Position numbers and translations under genes: made by a program. The notes under the pieces were generated by a model. The model searched no databases. It saw nothing but the letters and a program-made list of their open reading frames with translations, and was not told the origin of the DNA. DNA of 64,000 nt. It comes from a virus. Where the stretch lies: positions 21,178 through 85,177 of the IMG/VR virus record IMGVR_UViG_3300049215_000527. The stretch is one strand, 5' to 3'. Positions 38,390 to 47,669 of this stretch are shown piece by piece. Each line of letters begins with the position of its first letter. The stretch's first letter is position 1.

Positions 38390-38871
38390 GTGATGTCAAG
38401 GAGCACGAGGCGTTCATGTGGGATGTCCTGGACCACAAACGCCTCGTCGCCAAATATGTGCAACGGGTTGCCAATGCCCTGTTTGGTCGTGCGGTGATCC
38501 ACGACTATTCCAAGTTTGGCCCTGATGAATTTGCTATGTATGCGCAGGCACTCCCACGCTTTCAACAAGCGGAGTACGGCACAGAAGCATACAGGGTCGT
38601 CGTGGAAAGCGTCAAGCCTGCCATCCAGCATCACGTCACCACGAACCGCCACCATCCTGAATATTTCGCCGACGGCATCAATGGGATGAATCTCATTGAC
38701 CTCCTGGAAATGACCTGTGATTGGCTGGCGGCATCGCAGCGCGTTCCCGGCAACAGGTTACGCCTGGACCTTCAGCAAACGCGGTTCGGGATCGATCCGC
38801 AACTCCTGCGCATTATCTCAAACACCGTAGAGTATCTGGAAGCACCGCACGATGAGGAGTCATCACTATGA
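38386..38871 (+). CDS. DUF5662 family HD-like protein
   Basis: HDYSKF...HHVTTNRHHPEYF..GINGMNLIDLLEMTCDW. Confidence 0.8.
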   Translation: MSDVKEHEAFMWDVLDHKRLVAKYVQRVANALFGRAVIHDYSKFGPDEFAMYAQALPRFQQAEYGTEAYRVVVESVKPAIQHHVTTNRHHPEYFADGINGMNLIDLLEMTCDWLAASQRVPGNRLRLDLQQTRFGIDPQLLRIISNTVEYLEAPHDEESSL

Positions 38872-39554
38872 GTGACTTCGGTCTCGCTCACGGGATGAGC
38901 GAATTCATCAACGGCCTCAACGGTGACTGTATTGAGACCGCAATGGCGGCGGCGATAGCGGCGGCACATGGCGAGTCGATGACCCCCGCCGAACTGGCCG
39001 ACATCGTGAAGTCGATGCAGGCCGAGCATCTGGCCGCCACCAACGGGGCCACGACCATCAATGCCTGTGCCACCTGGCTCAAGGAGCATGGCGAGCATGT
39101 CCTGGTGGCGGTGGGCTACGCCGAACCCTTTCACGGTGACTGGCATGCGTTGCTCTTGGAGCATGCCGGGGTGCATCCCATCGTCCTCAACGTCGCCAAC
39201 GCCCAAGCTCTACACGATGCGCAAACCAATGCTTGGGATGAGCACGGCGTGAAGTATCACGGCATCGCGGTGTTGGATAAGGGGCAGGACGGCTATTCCT
39301 GTGTCGATGGCGATAACCCGCAGGCCAACCAACGCTTCCAGGTTTACACCTATCAGACCCTCATCGCCGCCAAGCCGTGTGGCATGGTCGTCATCGACGT
39401 GCTGCATCCCGCTCCGGTCCCTGCCCCCAAACCGGAACCAAAGCCCACCCCTGCACCATCTGCCCCCACGCCATCAGATGAAGTCACGGCGCTCAAAGCG
39501 CGGGTGGCCGCCTACGAACAAAAGATCGCCGCTGCCGTTGCGGCCCTGAAATAA
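38868..39554 (+). CDS. Putative endolysin, papain-like (C39-like) peptidase
   Basis: GDCIETAMA (Cys), YHGIAVL (His), DGDNP; Pro linker and coiled-coil tail; directly before the holin. Confidence 0.55.
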   Translation: MSDFGLAHGMSEFINGLNGDCIETAMAAAIAAAHGESMTPAELADIVKSMQAEHLAATNGATTINACATWLKEHGEHVLVAVGYAEPFHGDWHALLLEHAGVHPIVLNVANAQALHDAQTNAWDEHGVKYHGIAVLDKGQDGYSCVDGDNPQANQRFQVYTYQTLIAAKPCGMVVIDVLHPAPVPAPKPEPKPTPAPSAPTPSDEVTALKARVAAYEQKIAAAVAALK

Positions 39555-39571
39555 CAAAGGAGCATCATCCC

Positions 39572-39841
39572 ATGCCTACCCTCAATCAGCAGATCGTCAA
39601 ATCCGATATCGCGATGGGCCTTACATTCCTAGCGGGCCTGTTGTCGTTCTTTGGCCTGCATCTCAACCAGGATCTGGCGCTGGCCGTGCTGAATGATATC
39701 GTGTCGTTCCTGTTTATGGTCGTCCCCGCTGCACTCTTCGTGGTGCGCGAGATTGCGCATGCCAAGCTGCGCTCACTGGTGACGCATGCCCCCGTGCCTG
39801 CCCCCACTGCGACGCCGACGCAGGCCGAATCCAAGATCTGA
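39572..39841 (+). CDS. Holin
   Basis: 89 aa, two TM helices, last gene of the lysis cassette. Confidence 0.65.
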   Translation: MPTLNQQIVKSDIAMGLTFLAGLLSFFGLHLNQDLALAVLNDIVSFLFMVVPAALFVVREIAHAKLRSLVTHAPVPAPTATPTQAESKI

Positions 39842-39860
39842 TCTTGCCCAGCAACACAAC

Positions 39861-39892
39861 GCCCCCGCCCATCACTGGGCGGGGGCTATTTT
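39861..39892. terminator. Terminator between the convergent late and sigma arms
   Basis: gcccccgccca-tcac-tgggcgggggc followed by tatttt. Confidence 0.8.
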
Positions 39893-39910
39893 GCGTCTGT
39901 AGGAGGAAAA

Positions 39911-40672
39911 CTAGGAGGCGACTTCGCGCAATTTGCGGGCAACGACAGGCTTACGTAACTTGGTGAGTGCCCCCGTTTCTATCTGGCGTATCCGTTCACG
40001 GGTCACGCCGATGGCTTCCGCCACTTGTGCCAAACTCCACCCCTCGCCCTGGCAGCGGGGGTCTAGCCCATAGCGAAGGCGGAGCACTTCGCGCTCACGT
40101 GGGGAAAGGATGCGTAGCGCCTGCTGAATGGCCTTTGCGCGCTCAGAGGCGATGGGTACCGCCTCAAGGGCAACTTCTGGTGCGGCGATGACATCCGCCA
40201 GGGTACGCTCGTCATCTTCACTCAGGGCACGATCCAGGGAGATGGGTTGGGCAGGGATGGCGTCCAGCGCAAAGGAAGGATCTTCTCCTTTGCGGGCCTT
40301 GCGCGCCTGCTCAGTGAGATAGACCGGAATATGAATGGCGTTGCCTTTATTGAGTCGGGCCCGACTCACGGCCTGTCGTATCCACCACGTGGCATAGGTC
40401 GAAAAGCGATAACCCAGTGCCGGATCGAATTTCACTGCCGCCTGCATCAAGCCGATGTTGCCCTCTTGGATGAGGTCATCGAGGGTCAGATCACCTTGGC
40501 CCAGGTAGCCCCGTGCGACGCTCACTACAAGGCGTAGGTTGGCTTCAACAAGGCGATTGCGGGCCGCAAGGTCGCCTTGTTGGGAGAGTGCGCCGAGCCG
40601 CCGCTCTTCGTCCACAGAGAGCAGAGACCAGGCGCGAATCTGGGTCTGATACGCCATCCCTTCCGTGTCCAT
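39911..40672 (-). CDS. Sigma-70 family factor (RpoD/RpoS-like regions 1.2-4)
   Basis: EANLRLVVSVARGY, DLIQEGNIGLM.A..KFD...GYRFSTYATWWIRQA, LSPREREVLRLRYG, GVTRERIRQIE. Confidence 0.95.
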   Translation of the reverse strand: MDTEGMAYQTQIRAWSLLSVDEERRLGALSQQGDLAARNRLVEANLRLVVSVARGYLGQGDLTLDDLIQEGNIGLMQAAVKFDPALGYRFSTYATWWIRQAVSRARLNKGNAIHIPVYLTEQARKARKGEDPSFALDAIPAQPISLDRALSEDDERTLADVIAAPEVALEAVPIASERAKAIQQALRILSPREREVLRLRYGLDPRCQGEGWSLAQVAEAIGVTRERIRQIETGALTKLRKPVVARKLREVAS

Positions 40673-40680
40673 CACTGCTC

Positions 40681-41319
40681 CTAGTCCAGGGAACCCAATC
40701 CGCCAGCGAGCAGATCGACCATCCACAACCAATCCATCCGCCGCGGATCAATCTCTTCCGGGTGTTCGGTCACAAAGCGCCGAATGGCCGTGTGGGTAAA
40801 GATCCACATGTCCCCCGCTGTCCGTTCGCTCTGACGACGCGATCCCTTGAGCCATCCTTGTTCCACCATTTTGATGATTTTACGATGATCAAGGCCCAGC
40901 GCGATTTCCAGGCCCCGCATGGTGTAGCCTTCATTGGTCTTGTTGACGCCCATCCGTTTGGCCCGCACGCGGATGGCGGTCTTGGTACGCCCCAGGTGCT
41001 GAGCGATGGCGTCTAGACTCATCGTGGGGAGATGACGTTCGAGATAGGCATCATCGGCATCACTCCAAGCGGGCATGCGCTTCATCGGACGACATAAACC
41101 CAACCATGACGCCCATCGAATGACTTTCCAGCGCGGCACCCCGAGGATCTGTTGCAGGCGGTCGATGGTTGCGGTGCGTCCGTCATACATTTCCAGTAAG
41201 ATTCGCCGCGCCCGTTCATCAGCCACCCACTTTTGCTTACAGCCCCCAGCGTGCGCCCCTACCCGTGGAGCACCGACTTCGGTCATAAGGGGCTGTTTGC
41301 CTTGCCGCCGTTCTGACAT
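40681..41319 (-). CDS. Multi-HTH DNA-binding protein
   Basis: WSDADDAYL...LDAIAQHLGRTKTAIRVRAKRMG plus further HTH-like segments. Confidence 0.7.
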   Translation of the reverse strand: MSERRQGKQPLMTEVGAPRVGAHAGGCKQKWVADERARRILLEMYDGRTATIDRLQQILGVPRWKVIRWASWLGLCRPMKRMPAWSDADDAYLERHLPTMSLDAIAQHLGRTKTAIRVRAKRMGVNKTNEGYTMRGLEIALGLDHRKIIKMVEQGWLKGSRRQSERTAGDMWIFTHTAIRRFVTEHPEEIDPRRMDWLWMVDLLAGGLGSLD

Positions 41320-41324
41320 CGTCG

Positions 41325-41666
41325 TTACCCCCGCAATCCCAACAATCGCTCGATCTCCTCCGTCACCTTTTCAATGTCAGCGAGCGATACAGGGTCGCGG
41401 ATGACGTGCAGGGCGCTTTGCAGAGCCGCACGGGTACGGCCATCGAGACCCCCTTGGGTAGGGAACGTCTCTTGCAATTGCTTGAGGCATGCCTTGCACC
41501 CCGACCAGATGATCTCGGTGCCACCGCCTTGTGTCGTTGCCTTCCACTCGAAGTAATCCACTTCGGCGACCTGATGCCCGCCTAATTGATGGACACAGGT
41601 GCGCTTCTGGATGGGGGCGGACAAAGCATTGATGATGGCCTTGTAGGGATTGCTCATCGGTCTCAC
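41325..41666 (-). CDS. Hypothetical protein (Cys-containing)
   Basis: Coupled within the operon. Confidence 0.45.
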   Translation of the reverse strand: MRPMSNPYKAIINALSAPIQKRTCVHQLGGHQVAEVDYFEWKATTQGGGTEIIWSGCKACLKQLQETFPTQGGLDGRTRAALQSALHVIRDPVSLADIEKVTEEIERLLGLRG

Positions 41667-41728
41667 CTCTTGTGTGTGTGGTTGGTGATCATTTCAGTTT
41701 ACCACGATTGCGGTGCGGGTGGCCCAGA

Positions 41729-42022
41729 TTATCCATTGCCCACCTCTAAGCGCTCTAGGAGGTCACTGGCCTCTGATGCGAGGTCATGCACCGCATTGGC
41801 AGCGCGGGAATGGACCATGCGTGATGCAAGGTTATCAGGCATCGTGAGGATACCTTTGGTGGCGGCCATCATGAGACCAATCTCCGTCACCATCTGCGCC
41901 CGCATGTCCGATGCTTTGGCCGTATCGGCCTCAGCAAGGCGGTCTAATAGGTCGCTGACGGCCTCCAATGCCGCCGCCGTATCGTGCAGGATATCCACCG
42001 TGGTGGTGGCACCATCACCCAT
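41729..42022 (-). CDS. Helical hypothetical protein
   Basis: 97 aa, coupled to neighbours. Confidence 0.45.
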   Translation of the reverse strand: MGDGATTTVDILHDTAAALEAVSDLLDRLAEADTAKASDMRAQMVTEIGLMMAATKGILTMPDNLASRMVHSRAANAVHDLASEASDLLERLEVGNG

Positions 42023-42024
42023 GA

Positions 42025-42234
42025 TTATTGGCCTCCTTTCGGTGCCAATTCCATGCGGACATAGCCCGCGAGATCGCCGTGTTCGCCCGTTGAAACATAG
42101 ACGCTTGACACGCCATACCTAGTGGTAATGCCGCCACCGCGCCAGACATTTGGACGGCCATCATCATAGTACCAAGCGCAGATGATGATGATCTCTTTGG
42201 TCTCAGGATGTTGCCAGAATTCGACTTCGTTCAT
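42025..42234 (-). CDS. Hypothetical protein
   Basis: GGAGG RBS; 69 aa. Confidence 0.45.
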   Translation of the reverse strand: MNEVEFWQHPETKEIIIICAWYYDDGRPNVWRGGGITTRYGVSSVYVSTGEHGDLAGYVRMELAPKGGQ

Positions 42235-42239
42235 GGTGG

Positions 42240-42443
42240 TTATTGCCCTCCTTTCGGCGCTGGTTGCGCGGGCAATAAGCCCGGCATGTTGGCATCATGC
42301 AACAGCTCTTCTCGCACGATAATGACATCGGGCGGCGCCTCAATCCCGATTTTTACGCGGCCAAATTCCATGTCCAAGATGATGACCTTTATCACGCCAT
42401 TCAGCACGATAGCCTCGCCTGGTTTCCTACGCAAAACTAACAT
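42240..42443 (-). CDS. csrA: Carbon storage regulator CsrA homolog
   Basis: MLVLRRKPGEAIVLNGVIKVIIL...RVKIGIEAPPDVIIVREEL. Confidence 0.93.
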   Translation of the reverse strand: MLVLRRKPGEAIVLNGVIKVIILDMEFGRVKIGIEAPPDVIIVREELLHDANMPGLLPAQPAPKGGQ

Positions 42444-42468
42444 GGTTGGCTCCTTCTCGTTTAGTGAA

Positions 42469-42576
42469 TCAGTGAATCTGTGCCTTGACATACAGCGTCA
42501 CTAGGGCCATGAAAACGATCAGGCCCCCGGTGACGAGGGCGTACAGACGATGTTCGCGGCGTAATTCGCGCATCAT
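42469..42576 (-). CDS. 35 aa single-TM peptide
   Basis: AAGGAGG RBS; MMRELRREHRLYALVTGGLIVFMALVTLYVKAQIH. Confidence 0.6.
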   Translation of the reverse strand: MMRELRREHRLYALVTGGLIVFMALVTLYVKAQIH

Positions 42577-42583
42577 GGCCTCC

Positions 42584-42709
42584 TTAACCGTGGCGCATCA
42601 CGATGAAAATGCCCACAGCGATGACGGCGATGACCATTACCACGAAGGCACAGCCGAATATTTGCAGGTCCTCGAAGGCGATGAAGGTTGGCGGTTCCTC
42701 TTCTTCCAT
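42584..42709 (-). CDS. 41 aa single-TM peptide
   Basis: AAGGAG RBS; MEEEEPPTFIAFEDLQIFGCAFVVMVIAVIAVGIFIVMRHG. Confidence 0.6.
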   Translation of the reverse strand: MEEEEPPTFIAFEDLQIFGCAFVVMVIAVIAVGIFIVMRHG

Positions 42710-42718
42710 GCTTGCTCC

Positions 42719-42799
42719 TTAATTGAGAAATACCCACAGGACAATGACAGCGGCGGCGGCGAAGATGAGGATGGTTAGGATGATGGTGATGAGCCTCAT
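42719..42799 (-). CDS. 26 aa hydrophobic peptide
   Basis: AAGGA RBS; MRLITIILTILIFAAAAVIVLWVFLN. Confidence 0.55.
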   Translation of the reverse strand: MRLITIILTILIFAAAAVIVLWVFLN

Positions 42800-42884
42800 G
42801 GGCGGTCCTTTCGGGCAAAAGTGCGGCCAATCCTACGTTCAAGCCATATGTGAATCATTCACACATGACAAATAGTATTACAAG

Positions 42885-43955
42885 TCAGGAGCCGCCTGAT
42901 CTCGTATTGATGAGCTTGATCATGGTGGCGAGTTGCTTGGCAAAATCATCGGCGGTGTCTTCCCCGAGGTGTGTCGTGAACGTTTCGCGTTTGCTTTCGA
43001 GCAGTTGCAAGGCCACCCCGAGGTGCGTCTTGAATTTGTCCAGATAATCTACTGCCTTTGCGTCACCTTTGCCCGCCCTCGGCTTATCACTGGGCAACTG
43101 CAACACCTGCGTTGCCTCGCGTTTGGCCTCCATGATGTACCGTTCGCTTTCCACAGTATTCATGGGTTGCTCAATGAGATGGGTGAGCGTGCGCTGGAGG
43201 ACGCTGGGATAGTTCCCGAGCGCCTCACAGAGTTTGATGGCCGTGGAAACCGCAATCTGCCCTTGCCGCCAGGCCAGATCAGCCTCTTGGCTGCGCTCGG
43301 CGATGCTTTCGAGTTTCGAGATATATTCCCGACTCATCCCCAGGAGGCGCGCGATGCCCTCCTGGGTGTCTGGCATGCTCTCTGGTGACTCCTCATAGAT
43401 GGCGCGCACTTGCCGCCAGATTTCGGCCTTGCTCGGGGGGCTTTCCTGGATGCGCAGGTGCAACCCCCAATTGCGGATCAGATAATTGGGGATATCGGGA
43501 TAGACCAGGGCGGGGATCTTCGCCCACTTGAGGTGGCGTGCTGCCACCCACGGCTGCAACTTCCACAACAGTAAGAGCTTTTGGCGTGGATTCTGGGGAT
43601 TCGCCCGTTCCACCAGGATGAGAGGCGCGACGAGGGTGGTGCGGGCGATCTGGTTTTCATCCTTCACCTGACGCTGCTGGTACGAGAACAGCAGATTGTC
43701 CAGGGCCTCACCAGGCGCCACCATGACCGGATCATCGGTGCCAAAACAATAGAGATCGGGGTCATGCCAGATGAGGTTGGTCGGCACACCGTCGCCCCAA
43801 TCCAGTAATTCACCGTACTTGCCCATGCCCACCGGAGTGGAGGCTTCATCCCAACTGGTGACGAGCCGTGAGACTTGGGCGGCATTGTCGGTGAGCTTGG
43901 GCAAACGCGCTAACAGCGTTTGCCCCTCACGAACCGCTAAACGTTGATCAGTCAT
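42885..43955 (-). CDS. ParB-like partition protein (degenerate CTPase motif)
   Basis: Overlaps parA; LVAPLILVE...WVAARHLKWAKIPALVY; NWGLHLRIQESPPSKAE; HTH TQEGIARLLGMSREYISKL; no GxxR. Confidence 0.75.
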   Translation of the reverse strand: MTDQRLAVREGQTLLARLPKLTDNAAQVSRLVTSWDEASTPVGMGKYGELLDWGDGVPTNLIWHDPDLYCFGTDDPVMVAPGEALDNLLFSYQQRQVKDENQIARTTLVAPLILVERANPQNPRQKLLLLWKLQPWVAARHLKWAKIPALVYPDIPNYLIRNWGLHLRIQESPPSKAEIWRQVRAIYEESPESMPDTQEGIARLLGMSREYISKLESIAERSQEADLAWRQGQIAVSTAIKLCEALGNYPSVLQRTLTHLIEQPMNTVESERYIMEAKREATQVLQLPSDKPRAGKGDAKAVDYLDKFKTHLGVALQLLESKRETFTTHLGEDTADDFAKQLATMIKLINTRSGGS

Positions 43956-44970
43956 GGAACACCGCCTGGGCCAACTGTTTGGCCAATTGGTAGCACCCTT
44001 GCATGGTGGCGCAAAGGGGGGAATATTCCATCGGCAAGATGCCCTGTTCTGAGGCGCGCTCCATATCCCGATGATAGGGCACACGGATATCATTGAGCCG
44101 CAGGTTCGCACCAGCCAACTGGGGACGGGCCACATTACTGAGCCAGGATTCCATTGTTGGCTCTTCGGGATCGGGCGGTACATCCCGGTAGCGATTGAGG
44201 ATGGGATCGTGGATACGGGGAAAGCCCGTACCAAGATCGTCTTGGATTTGTCGGATATCCTCTACGCTATTGAGCAATCCGGCCAGGGCGGGCTTTTGCG
44301 CCCCAAAGGGCAGGATGACGTTGCTCGCCGCCGTGGCACCTAAACGGGCAGGGAGATCCCGCGCACCAGGGCAGTCAATGACAAAGGCGTCAATGCGCTC
44401 CCCCGTCTTTTGTAGATGCGCCTCTGCCACGATGGGCAACGCACGGGCCAGGGCGCCATCTACGTCATAACTGGGCGAGCGCAGTTTATTCTCTACTAAC
44501 TGGTTCGTGATGCCATCCAGCGTCCCCGCATTGGGGACGAGGTACATCTTGCCAATGCGGTGTTCATCAATGCCATAGGCGGCGATGGTGCGATCAATGA
44601 TCGTGGCGTCATTGATGCGCGACGCCTTCAAACGCGGCACCTTATTGAGGCGGATGATGCCCTCCCACACATCGTAGGTCATGAAATCGGTTAAGCCCAT
44701 TTCAGGCCGCAGATATAGGCGATCAATAGCATACAGGGCGGGCTGGCGGCGCACACGGGCAATCAACTCTTGCTGCGGCTTCGTAACTTGAAAGCCACTG
44801 AGCCAGTTGGTGATGCCCGGCAAGGCGTCCTGGTCGATGATGACCACGTTCTTGTTCATCAGGGTAAAGAACCACGAGATGAGCAAGGCGATCACCGTCT
44901 TACCCTCGCCGCCCTTGGAGAGCATTACGGCCAGGGCAGGCGGATAGCGACTATCTAAGACGTAACCCAC
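43948..44970 (-). CDS. parA: ParA family ATPase
   Basis: Deviant Walker A SKGGEGKT, VVIIDQD, FVIDCPG, IPF...KPAL.GL. Confidence 0.9.
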   Translation of the reverse strand: MGYVLDSRYPPALAVMLSKGGEGKTVIALLISWFFTLMNKNVVIIDQDALPGITNWLSGFQVTKPQQELIARVRRQPALYAIDRLYLRPEMGLTDFMTYDVWEGIIRLNKVPRLKASRINDATIIDRTIAAYGIDEHRIGKMYLVPNAGTLDGITNQLVENKLRSPSYDVDGALARALPIVAEAHLQKTGERIDAFVIDCPGARDLPARLGATAASNVILPFGAQKPALAGLLNSVEDIRQIQDDLGTGFPRIHDPILNRYRDVPPDPEEPTMESWLSNVARPQLAGANLRLNDIRVPYHRDMERASEQGILPMEYSPLCATMQGCYQLAKQLAQAVFHD

Positions 44971-44972
44971 GG

Positions 44973-45854
44973 CTAGTTCTCCTCCACTGAGAGATGCGCG
45001 GCGGCGGCATGACCATTCATGGATGGTGGGAAAAGTGGAGGGAGCGGAGGATCTAACACGGGGTACAAGTGGCTTTCAGCGGGATCAAGATCGTCGTGAA
45101 TCACCCGAGGGACACCACCCTGTGCGGGTAACTGCGGCGGATCAGCATCCACAATACGGGGGGGATTATCGTCCGTCACAGCCGCCCGCATGGCGTCAAG
45201 TTTCGCTTGTTGCTCCGTCGTCAAGGTTGCCGCCGCACGGTAAATCGCAATCTTGCGGTCAAGCGGGGCGGTGGGATCATTGGCGGCCTCGGCGATATCA
45301 CGCAAGAGACCTACGCCGGAATACAGTTCGGTGAGATAGGCGATATCACTGGTGGTGACGGTGTTGCGCCGCGCCATGCTGAGATAGATCGAGAGGGCGG
45401 GGACGGCCAGCGCGCGGGCGATGATGAGAATCCAGGCAATGGCGGTCTGCGGCTTTTCGTAGAGCACCAGCATGTAACTGTAGGTGCCCGCTTCAAGGAG
45501 GGCAACGAACAGCATGAGGGCCACATGGCCACCGAGACTGCGCAAAGTTTGCCCACGTTGCAGCCCGATGCGGATCTGGCTCGATGCTAAGAGCATGCCG
45601 CTATCCATTGCCAGAACCAGCAGCAAGGTAATAATGATGCTCGTGTCTTGTGGCACACTGCCTTGCCCGGAAAGCACAATGAGCAGAACCACGGAAGCGA
45701 GACTGATAAGCGACGCCACACTCGTGGCAATCACTAAGAGCAGGGCGAAGACGTGGGCCAGTGTGACCATGCCCTTGTTCGCCCGTTCGATGGCGTCGAT
45801 GGCGCGCGTCACCTGTTCCTGGGGTGTTTGCGTTCGACGGTTCCAAAATGACAT
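44973..45854 (-). CDS. Four-TM membrane protein with a Pro-rich tail
   Basis: Four hydrophobic segments; GGAG-like RBS before ATG 45854. Confidence 0.65.
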   Translation of the reverse strand: MSFWNRRTQTPQEQVTRAIDAIERANKGMVTLAHVFALLLVIATSVASLISLASVVLLIVLSGQGSVPQDTSIIITLLLVLAMDSGMLLASSQIRIGLQRGQTLRSLGGHVALMLFVALLEAGTYSYMLVLYEKPQTAIAWILIIARALAVPALSIYLSMARRNTVTTSDIAYLTELYSGVGLLRDIAEAANDPTAPLDRKIAIYRAAATLTTEQQAKLDAMRAAVTDDNPPRIVDADPPQLPAQGGVPRVIHDDLDPAESHLYPVLDPPLPPLFPPSMNGHAAAAHLSVEEN

Positions 45855-45979
45855 ACTACCTAGGACCTCTTTCGTATGATGGGTTGTGTGGGTGATGGGT
45901 GGATCGCGGTGGATGGTCCCATCACCCCTCTTTGTGTCGCGCCTCAGTGCCTCGTGGGCGGCATTGCCCGAATACTCCG

Positions 45980-46393
45980 CTAGTGGTGGGTGCCCTGCAA
46001 GGTGGCAGGGTCGATGTCGAACATGGCGCAATGGTTCACAAGGTCCAGCATGCGTCGCCGGGCATACGCGGGATATCTAGTGGCATCGGGCGCATATTCC
46101 GGGTGATGGGCAATCCAGATCGTGAAGGCGCGTTCGGCGAATGGCCGAGCAAGGTTCACCTGCCACAATTCGGGTGCGACCTCCGTGGCGCTGGCGATGT
46201 GCCAGACCTTCGCTAGGGGTGGCAGGACAATCCGGGTGTCGATGTCGAAGATATTCCAGTGACCTGTGCCAGGGCCACTCTCATAGGCGTATACCTCCTC
46301 ACCTGCCTCCGCACGGGCCAGATAAGCGGCGCGGTCCTCGATGGTGATGACCGATGCAGGGATGGCACGGATACTTTGGACGTTATCTGTCAT
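45980..46393 (-). CDS. Hypothetical protein
   Basis: GGAGG RBS; 4-nt overlap with the upstream gene. Confidence 0.5.
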   Translation of the reverse strand: MTDNVQSIRAIPASVITIEDRAAYLARAEAGEEVYAYESGPGTGHWNIFDIDTRIVLPPLAKVWHIASATEVAPELWQVNLARPFAERAFTIWIAHHPEYAPDATRYPAYARRRMLDLVNHCAMFDIDPATLQGTHH

Positions 46394-46821
46394 GCCGCCA
46401 CCTCCCGAAAGAAGGTGAGCTTTTGGGCATTGCCTACGGTGCGCTCGCGCTGCCGTTGCTCATCGCCCAGTGTCACTTCCGTATAGGTCAGGCGATCTCT
46501 TTGCGGAATAATCGTGGCCACCTTGGCAAACGCAAAGCCCCCGGTCTGGCTGGCAACGATATCGCCAGGAACTAAGAGGTTGGCGGGTTGCTGCTCGAAG
46601 CAGAGGTATTGCGCACCATCCGGGCAGTCAGGCCGCAACACCCACACGGTGTGGTCGTTGTCGAGGATGTGCGCCTCGTACAGAAACGTCAGGGCGGTGG
46701 CTGATCCCCCCACGGTGACGGTGCGCACATCGGTGAAATCCTGCCCCTGGGCAAACAACTGCGTCAGGATGTCGTGCGCCCGCACATCCTGGGCGCATAC
46801 TCGTTTCAGTGCGTAGCGCAT
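46390..46821 (-). CDS. Hypothetical beta-rich protein
   Basis: MRYALKR start coupled to the upstream stop. Confidence 0.5.
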   Translation of the reverse strand: MRYALKRVCAQDVRAHDILTQLFAQGQDFTDVRTVTVGGSATALTFLYEAHILDNDHTVWVLRPDCPDGAQYLCFEQQPANLLVPGDIVASQTGGFAFAKVATIIPQRDRLTYTEVTLGDEQRQRERTVGNAQKLTFFREVAA

Positions 46822-47021
46822 CACTTGCCCCCTTTCGGTGGGGTGAGAGCGGTAATCGGCGCATCGAGCACGCCCGGCGACACGCCCTGTTGGAGGGCGA
46901 ATGTGCGCAGATAGGCTTGCTGCTCCGCCACCGTCTTGAGTTTGGCCCCGAAGGCGGGGTCGATCTGCGTGCGGATGCCTTGCCCGAAGCAGACCAGCAG
47001 GAATTCGGCAAGGGTAATCAT
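46821..47021 (-). CDS. Small hypothetical protein
   Basis: GGAGG RBS; coupled. Confidence 0.45.
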   Translation of the reverse strand: MITLAEFLLVCFGQGIRTQIDPAFGAKLKTVAEQQAYLRTFALQQGVSPGVLDAPITALTPPKGGK

Positions 47022-47669
47022 GCGGCCTCCTGTGTCTGCGTCGCGGTGCAGACGAGCGCCTCAAGGGCGGGGAGCGTCAGCGCCAAGAGGGCGGGGGTGA
47101 GTCCCACTTGGGCTGCCAGTTGCCGCGCGACCGTTGCTTCGTCTTCGCCCGCTGCGAGGGACGCCCCACGCATCAGAAAGAGCACGAGCAACTGCTCAAC
47201 CGTCTGATTCATGCCACCACCTCCATCGGGCGAAACACGGCTTCCATCCGCAAGAGATCCTGCGTACAGCGACACAAGAGATCGTCCGACACGCCATCGG
47301 GGGTCATAGTCACAAACTCAGCCCCCGTGGCGGTGCTGGAAATAGCGAAGAGATAGATGGGCGGGTCCTGTGGCGAGATGGCATACAGCGTCCAGTCCGC
47401 CGCGTCGGCCACAAGATTGTAGTAGGCGTGGCGACCATATTCGGTGATATCCTGTGGCTCATGGCCACTGATGGCCCGCAGGGAGGCCATGATGCGGCAG
47501 GCGGTGGCACACAGGCCATCACGCACGCTCTGGCTGGGTTGGAGTATACTGGTCGGTAACATGGGATCTTCCTTTCTTGTAGTAACAAGATTCCAGGTTG
47601 GTGGGTTGCGCTGTTCGTAGCAGCACAACCCCTATTTATGTTCATGGCCAGACGGCCAGAATCGCTAGG

